Shown here in pieces: positions 37,907-48,142 of a DNA stretch of 64,000 nucleotides. The DNA is taken from NCBI GenBank assembly GCA_963745035.1, contig CAVUVW010000013.1:544001-608000 (forward strand), written 5' to 3'. Each line of letters starts with the position of its first letter. Position 1 is the first letter of the stretch. A program made the translations under genes and the position numbers. A model generated the notes under the pieces. The model was not told the origin of the DNA. It worked only from the letters and a program-made list of their open reading frames with translations, and searched no databases. Source of the DNA: an uncultured delta proteobacterium. Its GTDB lineage: Bacteria; Desulfobacterota; Binatia; UBA9968.

Positions 37907-38725
37907 TTATTTCTTTTCCTCGACCTTATAAGACCCCAGCCCCGGCCGGTATTCTTTACGCGCGAACTGCTGCAATCCCGGCCGGCCGCCGATCGCCTGT
38001 TTGGCCTTGTCGGAAATCAAGTTTGAAAGCTCATAAGCCACGTCCGGATTGGAATAGAACGTGTAGTACCACGCTTCCTTGACGGCGTTCAGCGCGGACG
38101 GCGCCTTTTCTTTCAGGTTATTGGCGATGTCCATGACCTCTTTATCCAAATCAGCGCGCGGCACGGCTTTGGTGATCAAGCCGATGCGCTCCGCCTCTTT
38201 CGCATTCATTGTCTTTCCCGTCAGCGCGTAATACAGCCCATGTTTCGGTTGCAGATGCTCGGTCAACACGATGGTCACTTCGCCGCCCGGGAAGTGGCCG
38301 AAGTTGACTTCCGAGAGGCCGAACTGCACGTCGTCGGCGGCGATCGCGATATCGCAGCCGGTCACGACCGTAAATCCGCCGCCGAACACCCAGCCGTTGA
38401 TCCTGGCGATCACCGGCTGCGGCATCTTGCGCAGGATTTCGTTGCGCCACTGGCGCGATTTCTCCCGCACTTCGTCGCGCACGCGGTCCGGCTGCGAATC
38501 CATCTCGATGAAATACTGCTTCAAGTCCTGCCCCGCGCAAAAGCTCTCGCCGGCGCCGGTAATGATGATCACGCGCGTTTCTTTGTCGTAGCGGAGATCG
38601 TTCAGGCAGTCGTACATTTCCCGGTGCAGCTGCGGGCTCATCGCGTTGCGTTTCTCCGGACGATTGAGCGTGATCGTGGTCACGCCGTCTTTCTTGTCGA
38701 CCAACAGAGTCTGATAACTGGCCAT
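37907..38725 (-). CDS. Enoyl-CoA hydratase, hydroxycinnamoyl-CoA hydratase/lyase-like (divergent paralog)
   Basis: NRPEKRNAMSP, FCAGQDLKQYF, FGLSEVNFG and C-terminal EYRPGL. Confidence 0.85.
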   Translation of the reverse strand: MASYQTLLVDKKDGVTTITLNRPEKRNAMSPQLHREMYDCLNDLRYDKETRVIIITGAGESFCAGQDLKQYFIEMDSQPDRVRDEVREKSRQWRNEILRKMPQPVIARINGWVFGGGFTVVTGCDIAIAADDVQFGLSEVNFGHFPGGEVTIVLTEHLQPKHGLYYALTGKTMNAKEAERIGLITKAVPRADLDKEVMDIANNLKEKAPSALNAVKEAWYYTFYSNPDVAYELSNLISDKAKQAIGGRPGLQQFARKEYRPGLGSYKVEEKK

Positions 38726-38886
38726 GGTTTCCTCCTGACCCTTTCAATTTTGTGCACTTCAGGTGTTACTCTAGATGCGGCGAAGGTGTCAAACGTGGAG
38801 CGTGATAAGCGATGCTCCGACTGAGTTCTGATTTACGTTTTTGGCGCGGTTTCGAAAGCGAAAAAGTTCATGCTAACTTGCGGTCA

Positions 38887-40077
38887 ATGAGCTCGCTCAA
38901 GCGCGGCCCTGCTCATCGGAGATCGAGGTTCGCGAGGAACACCGTGGCAACATTGACGCGACAACCGTCCCGCCCTTTTCGCTACCGCATGGATCGCTGG
39001 ATCCGCGGCGTTGTCACCCGTGTGATCGGCTGGATCGCGCCGCAGCCGCCGCACACAGAGCTTGACCCGGGCGATTCCTCGATCCAAAGAATTCTTCTGG
39101 TTCGAGCCAACTTCCGCATGGGCAACGCCATTCTCACTCTTCCCGCGATCGCTGCGTTCCGTAAGAACTTTCCCGGCGCAAAAATCGATTTTCTGGGCTC
39201 GCCGATTTCGAGCCTGCTCTTTCGCCATCAGCCGTTGAGCGAGCATTACGTCGCGCCGCGCCGCTTTCCCCACGTGCTCTGGCAATACCCGCGCCTGCTC
39301 CACCGGTTGCGCGCCAATCGCTACGACCTTGCGGTGGACCTAAGCTGTTCCCAGTCGGGCGCCGCCGCGTTTATTATCGGTCTCTCGGCGGCGCGCATCC
39401 GCGTCGGCATCGCCGGCAAAGGCGATCGGGTTTTGAATCTGAAAGTGGCCAAGCTGCGGGAGTCGAACAAATATCTCAAGCTGACCGAATTTCTAGGCGC
39501 TTTAAAGCTCGGCCAGATCGCCACGGTCGGCGCCCTCGAATTCTCCGCCGAGGAAAAAATCGCGGGACGCGACCGGCTCGAGTCGCTGGCGGCGCGCAAC
39601 AACGGCAAGATCGCCGGCGTGTTTGTCGGCGGCCGCAAGCTCCGCGGCAAGCGCTGGCCGCTTGAGAATTTTTTGCGCGTGGTCACCGGCCTGCGGCAAA
39701 GCGGCGCCGCGGTGGTAGTGTTTCTCGGCCCCGAAGAAACCGACATGGTCGATGTTTTTAGGAGCTCGCTCTCTCCCGCGATCCCGCTCATTTTCGAGCC
39801 CGCGGTGCGCAAGTTTGCCGCCATGCTGGCGCATCTCGATGTGCTGATTTGCTGCGATTCAGGCCCCATGCACCTCGCCTGCGCCGCCGGCGTCCCGGTC
39901 GTGGCGATCTTTCAAGAGCGCCATGTGAAGCGCTGGGCGCCGCCCCGGAGTGCCGCGCGCGTCCTGTCGGACCCCGGCCCTGCTCAAGTATTGGCCACCG
40001 CCCTGGAGGAGATCTCGCGCGGTATGCCTGCCAAGACTTTGGCAACGCCGCCCGTCAACATCACGGCCGACGCTTAA
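38887..40077 (+). CDS. Glycosyltransferase family 9 (heptosyltransferase-like); start uncertain (38887 or 38989)
   Basis: RILLVR..RMGNAILTLP, YDLAVDL, KRWPLENF and DSGPMHLACAAGVPVVAIF. Confidence 0.88.
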   Translation: MSSLKRGPAHRRSRFARNTVATLTRQPSRPFRYRMDRWIRGVVTRVIGWIAPQPPHTELDPGDSSIQRILLVRANFRMGNAILTLPAIAAFRKNFPGAKIDFLGSPISSLLFRHQPLSEHYVAPRRFPHVLWQYPRLLHRLRANRYDLAVDLSCSQSGAAAFIIGLSAARIRVGIAGKGDRVLNLKVAKLRESNKYLKLTEFLGALKLGQIATVGALEFSAEEKIAGRDRLESLAARNNGKIAGVFVGGRKLRGKRWPLENFLRVVTGLRQSGAAVVVFLGPEETDMVDVFRSSLSPAIPLIFEPAVRKFAAMLAHLDVLICCDSGPMHLACAAGVPVVAIFQERHVKRWAPPRSAARVLSDPGPAQVLATALEEISRGMPAKTLATPPVNITADA

Positions 40078-40257
40078 GACCGCTGGCCGACAGACCAGCG
40101 ATTTGCCCAACGACGAGCTTTTCTCCGGTATCCGCGGCGGGCGCGTCCAGCCTCTCACGCTTAGCTTTTCCGATGACTCCGATAGCCAAATTGGCTAGAA
40201 TGAGCGGCCTAAAAGAAGGCTGGCGCTGCGCGCAGCACAAATAGCGAGGTATTGATC

Positions 40258-40941
40258 ATGAAAGCCCGCTCGGCATTGCTTTACGGCATCTTCGTTTGGT
40301 TTCTTCTGCTGGGCGCGCCCGCGCGTCCGGCCGGCGCCGCCGATGCTCCTCCCAGCCTCACCGCGAGGGCGACCGGAGTCGCCTTGTACGCGCAGCAAGA
40401 CGCCGAAGCCAAGCCCATCGCGACCTTGGAAGAAGGCGAAACGCTCTTCCCGATGCTCGAAGCGATCGGCAGAGAAACCTGGTATATGGTGCGGACCCGA
40501 CGGGGACTCACCGGCTGGGTGCGCGCGAGCGACGTAGTTGCGAGCGCCGAGACCCGGGAAGCGTTCAAAGAAAGAGAAACCACATCGACCTGGAGCGCGC
40601 GCAGCGCCGACGGCCGGACCTTTACCGGCACCTGGAGCGTTGCGCCCGACTCCACTCCGCGATCGGCTGCGGGCGGCTGGAGTTTGAGCGACGGGAAAGG
40701 CGCTACCGTGATGCGCGGCAGTTGGTCCGCCGACAAACACGAAACCGGCTGGAACGGCGTATGGCGCGCGACCCTGGAAGGCGGAAAAGGCGAATACAGC
40801 GGCAGTTGGTCCGCCGATCTTCCCCACTTGCGCAACGCCGCCTTTGCCGAGCTGTTCGCCGCCGCGGCCAAGGAAACGGTTCGCGGTCTGTGGACCGGCG
40901 GCAGTGCTTCGGGCAGTTGGTCGATACGCTACGTCAAGTAG
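40258..40941 (+). CDS. Exported SH3b-domain protein with GxW(S/R/T) beta-strand repeats
   Basis: Signal peptide; WYMVRT..GLTGWV (SH3b); seven GxW motifs in the C-terminal half. Confidence 0.7.
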   Translation: MKARSALLYGIFVWFLLLGAPARPAGAADAPPSLTARATGVALYAQQDAEAKPIATLEEGETLFPMLEAIGRETWYMVRTRRGLTGWVRASDVVASAETREAFKERETTSTWSARSADGRTFTGTWSVAPDSTPRSAAGGWSLSDGKGATVMRGSWSADKHETGWNGVWRATLEGGKGEYSGSWSADLPHLRNAAFAELFAAAAKETVRGLWTGGSASGSWSIRYVK

Positions 40942-41184
40942 CCGACCTCAAGGAAACTTGCGCGCCGGCGGCGCCGGTCTTTTCCTCGGCGCCAAGCGGC
41001 TGTGTTATAATCGCGCGACCGCTCTGGGCGCAATTGAGGTAGGGGCGAGCGGCGCTCGCCCTCGAAGCACGTTGTAACCGCGAGCGCCTGGGCGGCGCAT
41101 AGAGAGAAAGTTCTATGGCGGAAAGAGAGCGAGCCATACCCGCCGCGCGCGTCTCTCCCATCCGCTGGGGAGGCTCAGGAAATT

Positions 41185-42009
41185 ATGGATGCGGCTACAT
41201 CTCCGCGCTTCGAACCGATGACCACGGGCGTGCTCCTCGATCGCGCGTTTCGCCTCTATACCGGCAACTTCGCTCTGATGCTCGGCATCACCGCGGCCGC
41301 CTACGTGCCGTTTTATCTGATCATGCTCGTGATCGAAGCAAGCGTCGGCGGCCATGGGCCCGGCGGCGCGGGCGGCCTCTCCATGCTGCTCTTCCAAATC
41401 GTCTTCATGATTCTCTGGGCGAGCATCGCCTTTCCGATCGCCAGCGGCGCCACGACCTATGCGATCAGCGAGCGCTATCTCGGCAACGAGGTGACCATCG
41501 GCGAGGCCATGCGCCGCGGCTTGAGCCATTTCTGGTCGTTGTCCATCGCCCAGATCAGCGCGACGATCCGCGTGATGCTTGGATTCCTGCTGCTGATCGT
41601 GCCGGGAATTCTCTGGATGCTTTCCTATGCCTTGATCGTGCCGGTGATTCTGATCGAGGGGCAAAAAGCTCTCCCGAGCCTGCGCCGCAGCCGCGACTTG
41701 GTAAAGGGCTACCGCGGCAAGGTGTTCTGCATCCTGCTCGTGGTCAATTTCCTCCAGGTCGTTCTGACCGCCGGCGTGCGCATGATCGGCGGCGTATTTT
41801 TCGCCGGCGCGACGGCCGGCGGCGGTATTCTCAACTCCGCCCTGATCAATCTGCTGTCGATCTTTCTCACGCCCCTCGGCATCATTGCGGCCATCCTATT
41901 GTACTACGACATGCGCATTCGCAAGGAGGGATTCGATCTCGAGATGCTCAGCCGCGCGCTTGCGAGCGAGCCACAAGCCCTGGCGGCTCAGCCGACGCCG
42001 AGCCGCTGA
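41185..42009 (+). CDS. Integral membrane protein of the MoxR/DUF58/RDD/SpoIIM operon (copy 1)
   Basis: PMTTGVLLDRAFRLY ... LLYYDMRIRKEGFDLE; multiple TM helices. Confidence 0.85.
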   Translation: MDAATSPRFEPMTTGVLLDRAFRLYTGNFALMLGITAAAYVPFYLIMLVIEASVGGHGPGGAGGLSMLLFQIVFMILWASIAFPIASGATTYAISERYLGNEVTIGEAMRRGLSHFWSLSIAQISATIRVMLGFLLLIVPGILWMLSYALIVPVILIEGQKALPSLRRSRDLVKGYRGKVFCILLVVNFLQVVLTAGVRMIGGVFFAGATAGGGILNSALINLLSIFLTPLGIIAAILLYYDMRIRKEGFDLEMLSRALASEPQALAAQPTPSR

Positions 42010-42153
42010 GCTTGCGATGACGGTCGCTGCGCGGATCCGGCAGATTGCCGCTTCACTCGGCGGAATGGGTCGTCATCGCAAGCCGCCCATGCGGCGACTC
42101 CCCGCTCAAACCCGACCGCGCAGCCTCGCTTCCCGAAAGGAACCGCACGATCC

Positions 42154-42969
42154 ATGACCGTTGCCGGCGGCCGTTTCGAGCCCATGACCACCGGCGTTCT
42201 GCTCGATCGCGCCTTGCAGCTTTACACGGCTAATTTCGCGCTGATGCTTGGCATCAGCGCCGTAGCGTACGTTCCCTTTTACTTGATCATGCTCGTGGTC
42301 GAATCCGCGCTCGGTTTCAATGCCGCAAGCGACGCCCTCACGGCGGTATTGTATTTTGTGGCCTTTATCATCCTTTGGTCGAGCGTCGCCTTTCCCATCG
42401 CCGGCGGCGCGGCAACCTACGCGATCAGCGAAAGATACCTGGGCAACGCCGTCACCATCGCCGACGCGCTGCGCCGCGGCCTGGCCTGCTTTTGGCGGCT
42501 ATCGTTGGCAGAGCTTGCCGCCACCCTTCGCGTGCTCTTCGGTTTTCTTCTGTTGATTGTGCCCGGCGTTCTTTGGACGCTATCTTACGCTCTGATTGTT
42601 CCGGTCATTTTGATCGAAGACCTCAAAGCGATGCCGAGCCTTGCGAGAAGCCGCGACTTGATGAGTGGTCACCGCGGCAAGGCGTTTTGCATCATGATCG
42701 TGCCGCTCACGTTGCAGATCGTGGTCAGCCTGGGACTGGGCATGATCGCCGACTGGATTTTTCCCGGGGAAGCCGGCGAAAACACTCTCCTCGGCTCTGC
42801 GCTCGACGGTTTCCTTTCCATTCTCTTTACTCCGTTCTTCGAGATCGCGACGATTTTGCTTTACTACGACATGCGCATCCGCAAGGAAGGTTTCGATCTC
42901 GACATGCTCAGCCGCGCGTTTGCGCTCGAGCCGAAATCCTTGGCGGAGGCGCCTATGCCGGGCCGCTGA
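42154..42969 (+). CDS. Integral membrane protein, tandem paralog of 41185-42009 (copy 2)
   Basis: PMTTGVLLDRALQLY ... LLYYDMRIRKEGFDLD. Confidence 0.85.
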   Translation: MTVAGGRFEPMTTGVLLDRALQLYTANFALMLGISAVAYVPFYLIMLVVESALGFNAASDALTAVLYFVAFIILWSSVAFPIAGGAATYAISERYLGNAVTIADALRRGLACFWRLSLAELAATLRVLFGFLLLIVPGVLWTLSYALIVPVILIEDLKAMPSLARSRDLMSGHRGKAFCIMIVPLTLQIVVSLGLGMIADWIFPGEAGENTLLGSALDGFLSILFTPFFEIATILLYYDMRIRKEGFDLDMLSRAFALEPKSLAEAPMPGR

Positions 42970-42975
42970 ATTTCG

Positions 42976-43635
42976 ATGCCGTCCACTTCACCCGTCCAGC
43001 AGATCCCCACCCCCGAAACGATTCGCGCAGCGACGCGGTCCGTGCTCGATCGGCCGGAGTTCGCCGAGCCGCCCCGTTGGCACCAGACTCTCGTGGACAT
43101 GATGCTGGCCGTCAAGGAATGGCTCGACCGGCTGTCCGGCTGGTCGGAAGCCAATCCCACTCTGGCAAAAGCTCTCTTTGTTCTTGCCGTGGTGATCCTG
43201 CTTGCCTGCCTCGGCCACGTGCTCTATCTCATGTTGGCGGACACCCCGCTGTTTCGGCGCGCGCCAGCGGATGCGTCCCGGAGGTCGGCGCGCTGGGAGA
43301 TTTTGGAAGGCGCCGCAACCGATTGGCGCGAAGCGCTCCAGCTCGCTCGCGCCAAGCTTGCCGAAGGCGATCTCAAGCGCGCGGTCTGGATCGCCCATCG
43401 GGTATTGCTCGGATTGCTCGATCAACAGGGAGCGGTTCACTTCGCCGGTTGGAAAACCAATTCGCACTATCTGCGCGAGTGCGCTCCGGCGCATCCGTGG
43501 CACAAACCGTTTGCCGAGCTCACCGATCTTTACGAGCAGATCGTTTACGCTAGCCGCCAGGTGCCCGCCGCCCACGTCGAAGCGTCGGTGGCGCAGATCG
43601 ACCGATTGTGCGCCGAGTCGGACGCGCAGTCATGA
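42976..43635 (+). CDS. DUF4129 domain membrane protein
   Basis: VLDRPEF, one TM, A...AEGD..RAV, KTNSHYLRE and F..LT..YEQIVY; operon position. Confidence 0.8.
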   Translation: MPSTSPVQQIPTPETIRAATRSVLDRPEFAEPPRWHQTLVDMMLAVKEWLDRLSGWSEANPTLAKALFVLAVVILLACLGHVLYLMLADTPLFRRAPADASRRSARWEILEGAATDWREALQLARAKLAEGDLKRAVWIAHRVLLGLLDQQGAVHFAGWKTNSHYLRECAPAHPWHKPFAELTDLYEQIVYASRQVPAAHVEASVAQIDRLCAESDAQS

Positions 43636-44876
43636 CTTCCCAGACCATCAATCGCCTGACCGCCGGCCTAGCGACGGGAATTTTTTTGATTCTCTCGCTG
43701 CTGCTCGCAAATCTTTCCACCCCGCAGAGCAGCGATACGCTGCTCCGCCGGCCGTCGACCTTTTTTACCGATCCGAGCGGCGCGCGCGCCCTGCTGCTGG
43801 TCATGAAACAGCTCCTGCCCGCCGCCGAGCAGTGGCGCCGCCCGTTCCATCTGCTGCCGGCGCCCGCGGAAGCGAGCACCTTGATCATCGCCGGACCGCA
43901 GCGCCCGCTGGCGAGCCGCGAAGTCGAAGACCTCGAGCGCTGGCTCGACGCCGGCGGTCAATTGATTTTGCTCACGGCCAACGGCTGGCCGATAGGCCGC
44001 AGGGCGGCTTCCGGCGAGCGGACGCGGACGAACAAGATGTAGCGCGCGGCGCCGCGCCGGTCGCGGCGCCCACGTTTTTGGCGCGCCACGAGCCGCGCTT
44101 GGCCTGGACAAAACCCGAGAAAAACATGATCACCGGCCGCGCCGCGGGCGCTTCGATCCCTTCCGGCGAAATCACCTTCGCTTGGCGCGCTGGCTTCAGT
44201 CGCACGGGCGGCGCGCGAGTGATCGCGACCGCGGGCAATAACGCCATCGCCGTGGAAATTCCGGTAGGTCGAGGACGCATCGTTGCGGTCGCTGATCCGG
44301 CGATGGCAAGCAACGGCGCGCTGCGCCGCTCGGACAACGCGGTATGGCTGATAAGGCTTGTCACGAGCTGGCGCAGTGGCAAAGTTCTGTTCGACGAGTA
44401 TCACCACGGCTTCGGCCAGAAGCGCGGCACGATGGAATTGACCCGAGCGTTCTTCCTGACGCCGTGGGGCTGGTGCGTGCTTCAGCTTGCCGCGGCGGGA
44501 CTGCTTTACGTGTTTGTTTACCGGCGGCGTTTTGGACGGATTCGCGAGCCGCTCGCGCCGGCGCGCGCCAGTCCCTTGGAGTTGATCGGAGCGCGCGCCG
44601 GAGTTTTTCAAACCGCCGGGGCGCAGCGCCTGGCGGCGGATTTGATCGTGCAGCACCTCTGCCAAGATCTGGGCAAAGCGCACAGCAAGACCGTCGACAG
44701 CGCCAACCTGGATCGCGAGCTGCAGATCGCAGCTCAAAGGAGCGGCGCGGCGGCGCGCGCGCGCGGCCTTCAAGATTTGTTTGGCAAGAGTACGGCAAGG
44801 CGAGCGGCTCAGCGATCGAGAATTCATCGAGCTCGGACAAACCGCGGGAGAAATCATTAAAGGATCAAAACCATGA
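43632..44876 (+). CDS. DUF4350 domain protein, with frameshifts near 44017 and 44789
   Basis: [39 protein letters not shown] and RRFG; the corrected frame ends in an ATGA overlap with the moxR start. Confidence 0.8.
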
Positions 44877-45842
44877 GCGACAATGGCATTCCCTCCGATA
44901 TCCTCAACATCGGCCGCGCCGTGCAGACAGAGCTGCAGCGGGTGATTTACGGCCAGCCGACGGCGATTCAGAGCTTGCTCGTCGCCGTCACCGCCGGCGG
45001 GCACGTGCTGCTTGAAGGCGTGCCGGGAGTCGCCAAGACGCTGCTCGCGCGCAGTCTTGCCGCCGCTTTGCGCTGCGGTTTCTCGCGCATTCAGTTTACC
45101 CCCGATCTGATGCCCGCGGACATCACCGGCGTGAGCGTCTTTGAATCGGCGACGCGCGAATTCAGCTTCCGCCCCGGGCCGTTGTTTTCCGACGTCGTGC
45201 TCGCCGATGAAATCAACCGCGCGCCGGCCAAGACCCAGGCCGCGCTGCTCGAAGCGATGCAGGAGTATCAAGTCAGCGTGGACGGCCAGAGCCGCGCGCT
45301 ATCGCGCTGCTTCACCGTCGTGGCGACCCAGAATCCGATCGAGTACGAGGGCACCTATCCCCTGCCCGAGGCGCAGCTTGATCGCTTTCTCATGAAGGTG
45401 ATCGTCGATTATCCGGGCGAAGAGGAGGAGCGCGCGATGCTGCGGGCGATGCACAGTTCTGAGCGACCGGGCGTCCCAGGCCCATGCGATCATCCAGCCG
45501 GTGGTCGGCCCCGAGGAAATCCTCAAGCTCCGCGCCGCGACCCACGCGATCCGAGTCGACGATTCCGTGCTCGATTACACGCTCCGGCTGATTCGCCAGT
45601 CGCGCGCTTTTCCGAGCCTGACCCTCGGCGCGAGCCCGCGCGCGGCGATCATGCTGCTCCAGGCGGCCAAGGCGCTTTCCTTGCTGCGCGGCAAAGATTA
45701 CGTCACGCCGGATGAAATCCAGCTCATGACCCTGCCCGTGCTGCGCCATCGCATTCGCCTGACGCCGGAGGCGGAGATCGAAGGGCTCACGCCCGACGGC
45801 TGCATTCAGGCGCTGCTCGCCCAAGTCGACGTGCCGCGATGA
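44873..45842 (+). CDS. moxR: MoxR family AAA+ ATPase, with a +1 frameshift near 45470
   Basis: [43 protein letters not shown] and [11 protein letters not shown]; the C-terminus GASPRA...VLRHR lies in the next frame. Confidence 0.9.
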
Positions 45843-45947
45843 CAGAGACAGAGAGGGAGGCTTGGAGACAAGGAGACTAAGCCGTTAAAAGATGGACTCG
45901 GATAGAGAATATTTTCGCCGTGGAAACGGAGTAGCGCCATTTCATTC

Positions 45948-47255
45948 TTGCCGACTTTGCGCCTGATCCGACTGCTCGTCCTCGGCGCGCCGCTCTGGCT
46001 CCTGGCGCTGTTTCTTCCCGCCGGATGGCTCGTCGGGCTTTTATACTTCGCGCTGCTGGCGATCCTCTGCTGGCGCGACGCGCGCACTATCCCGGCGGCG
46101 GCGCAGCTCGGCGCAGCGCGCCGCCTGCCGCCGCGTTTCGCCCTCGACGTCGAACAGCCGATCACCCTGGTCTTGGCCAATCACTCCGAGCGGCCCGTTC
46201 AGGCCGCCGTCCGCGACGAGCTTCCGGATGCGGTCGAGTCTGCGGACGCCTTGCCCGCCGTCGTCATTCCCCCGCACGGCGAGGCGCAGTTGAGCTACAC
46301 CGTCCGGCCGGTCCGCCGCGGTGCTCATGATTTCGGCGCCGTCGTCCTGCGCGCGCGCGGCCGGTCCGGCTTCGTTGAAAAGCAGCTTTCCCTCGCCACG
46401 CCGGATACCATCAAAGTCTACCCGAACTTCCGCGGCGCCGATCGCTATCAACTGCTTGCGCAAATCGACCAGCGCGAGGAGACCGTGCGCAAGCCGCGGC
46501 CCTTCAAAGCCGCCGGCACCGACTTCGAAAGCCTGCGGCCCTATATTGCGGGCGAAGATCCGCGCAACATCGACTGGAAGGCGACCGCGCGGCGCGGCGC
46601 GCCGATCAGCCGCAACAAGCAGGTCGAGAAAGGCCAGCAGCTCGCCGTGCTGCTCGATGCCGGACGGCTGATGGCGGAAACCGTCGGCGCGTATTCGAAG
46701 CTCGAGCACGCGCTCAACGCCACGGTGATGCTGAGCTACGTCGTGCAAAAGCGCGGCGACGCCCTTGCGGTGGCCTCGTTTTCGAACAAGATCGAATCGT
46801 TCCTGCCGACCGTGCGCGGCCCCTCGCTCATGCCGCGCGTGCTCGAATCGCTCTACGCCGTCCAGGTCCGCCCGGTGGAGTCCGATTACTGGCAAGCGAT
46901 CGCCCAGGTGATGACCCTTCTCAGCCGGCGCAGCCTGGTGGTTCTCCTGACCGACGTGCTGGACGCCTCGGCGAGCGCGGGGTTGATCAATAATCTTTCC
47001 CGCGCGGCGGAAAAGCACCTTGTGCTCTGCGTCGTGTTGAGCGAGCCGGCGATCGGTGAAATCGCCCGCATGATCCCCGGCAGCGTGGAAGAAACTTATC
47101 GCAAAGCGGCCGCCTGCGACCAGCTCCGGCGCCGCCGGCTCGCGCTGGAAAGCATGCGCGCGCGCGGTATTCTGGTGCTGGAAACCGACCCGGCGCACCT
47201 GAGCGTTCAGTTGGCGCAGCGCTACTTGGAGATCAGACAGGCCGACTTGCAATAG
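45948..47255 (+). CDS. DUF58 (vWA-like) protein
   Basis: PVRRG, GTDFESLRPY..GEDPRNIDWKATAR, LDAGRLM and RRSLVVLLTD. Confidence 0.9.
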   Translation: MPTLRLIRLLVLGAPLWLLALFLPAGWLVGLLYFALLAILCWRDARTIPAAAQLGAARRLPPRFALDVEQPITLVLANHSERPVQAAVRDELPDAVESADALPAVVIPPHGEAQLSYTVRPVRRGAHDFGAVVLRARGRSGFVEKQLSLATPDTIKVYPNFRGADRYQLLAQIDQREETVRKPRPFKAAGTDFESLRPYIAGEDPRNIDWKATARRGAPISRNKQVEKGQQLAVLLDAGRLMAETVGAYSKLEHALNATVMLSYVVQKRGDALAVASFSNKIESFLPTVRGPSLMPRVLESLYAVQVRPVESDYWQAIAQVMTLLSRRSLVVLLTDVLDASASAGLINNLSRAAEKHLVLCVVLSEPAIGEIARMIPGSVEETYRKAAACDQLRRRRLALESMRARGILVLETDPAHLSVQLAQRYLEIRQADLQ

Positions 47256-47260
47256 ATTTT

Positions 47261-48130
47261 ATGGACGAACGAGTTCACATATCGACCCCCGATCACGTGA
47301 GCCTCGAGTTCGAGCTCGCCGGTGCCGGCTCGCGCTTCTCCGCCTATTTGATCGATTTTGTCTTCAACGTTTTGTTGATTATCGCCGTCGTCCTGGCCGC
47401 CTATCTGACCGGCGGCTGGATCGCGCTCAGAGCGTTTGCCGGCAGCGCCGGCGCCTCGGCCGGCTCATCGTGGCTCTGGGCGATCGTCGTGCTGATGATT
47501 TTTTTGATCAACTGGGGCTACTATGTTTTCTTCGAGGGTTTGGGCAAAGGTTCGACCCCGGGCAAAAAGCGCATGGGCATTCGAGTCATTCGCCAGGATG
47601 GGCTGCCCATCGGGCTGCGCGAGGCTGCGCTGCGCAATCTGGTGCGCGCCGCCGACATCTTGCCGCCGCCGAGCTATATTTTGGGTGGCCTGGTGATGCA
47701 CTTCGACCGCTACGGCCGGCGCCTCGGCGATATGGTGGCGGGGACCTATGTGGTCGTCGAGAAGTTCGACTTGGCCGCCCAAGGCGCCAGCGGCGCGGCC
47801 TGGGCCAAACGGGTCGAGCAGGGAGGATCGCGCCAAGCGCTCACCCTGCCGCGCGGCGCGATCTCGGCGCAGCAGCTCGCCTTGATCGAGCAGTTCCTCG
47901 CCCGCTCGCATGAGCTTTCGCGGGAGCGCCGCGAACAGTTGATCTGGCAAATCACCGAGCCCCTCTTGCCTTTGGTGAACGAAGATCGCGACAGCCTGGC
48001 GCGCAGCGCCGAGCGCGCCGAGCGCTGCCAACGGCTGCTCTTGCAAATTCTCGATCTGGCGCGGGAGAGAAAGCCGGCGGTAGCGGGGAGCGCCGCCGCC
48101 AAGAGCGCGCCGCCGCCGTCTTTATTTTAG
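47261..48130 (+). CDS. RDD family protein
   Basis: TPDHV.LEFELAGAGSRFSAYLID, GSTPGK, LRNLVR and RRLGDMVAGT. Confidence 0.9.
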   Translation: MDERVHISTPDHVSLEFELAGAGSRFSAYLIDFVFNVLLIIAVVLAAYLTGGWIALRAFAGSAGASAGSSWLWAIVVLMIFLINWGYYVFFEGLGKGSTPGKKRMGIRVIRQDGLPIGLREAALRNLVRAADILPPPSYILGGLVMHFDRYGRRLGDMVAGTYVVVEKFDLAAQGASGAAWAKRVEQGGSRQALTLPRGAISAQQLALIEQFLARSHELSRERREQLIWQITEPLLPLVNEDRDSLARSAERAERCQRLLLQILDLARERKPAVAGSAAAKSAPPPSLF

Positions 48131-48142
48131 ACACAACACGCC

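Noticed and set aside
44873-45842. Programmed frameshifting in moxR or the DUF4350 gene
   Set aside because: No slippery heptamer is evident, and similar indels occur in unrelated genes, so sequencing error is more likely
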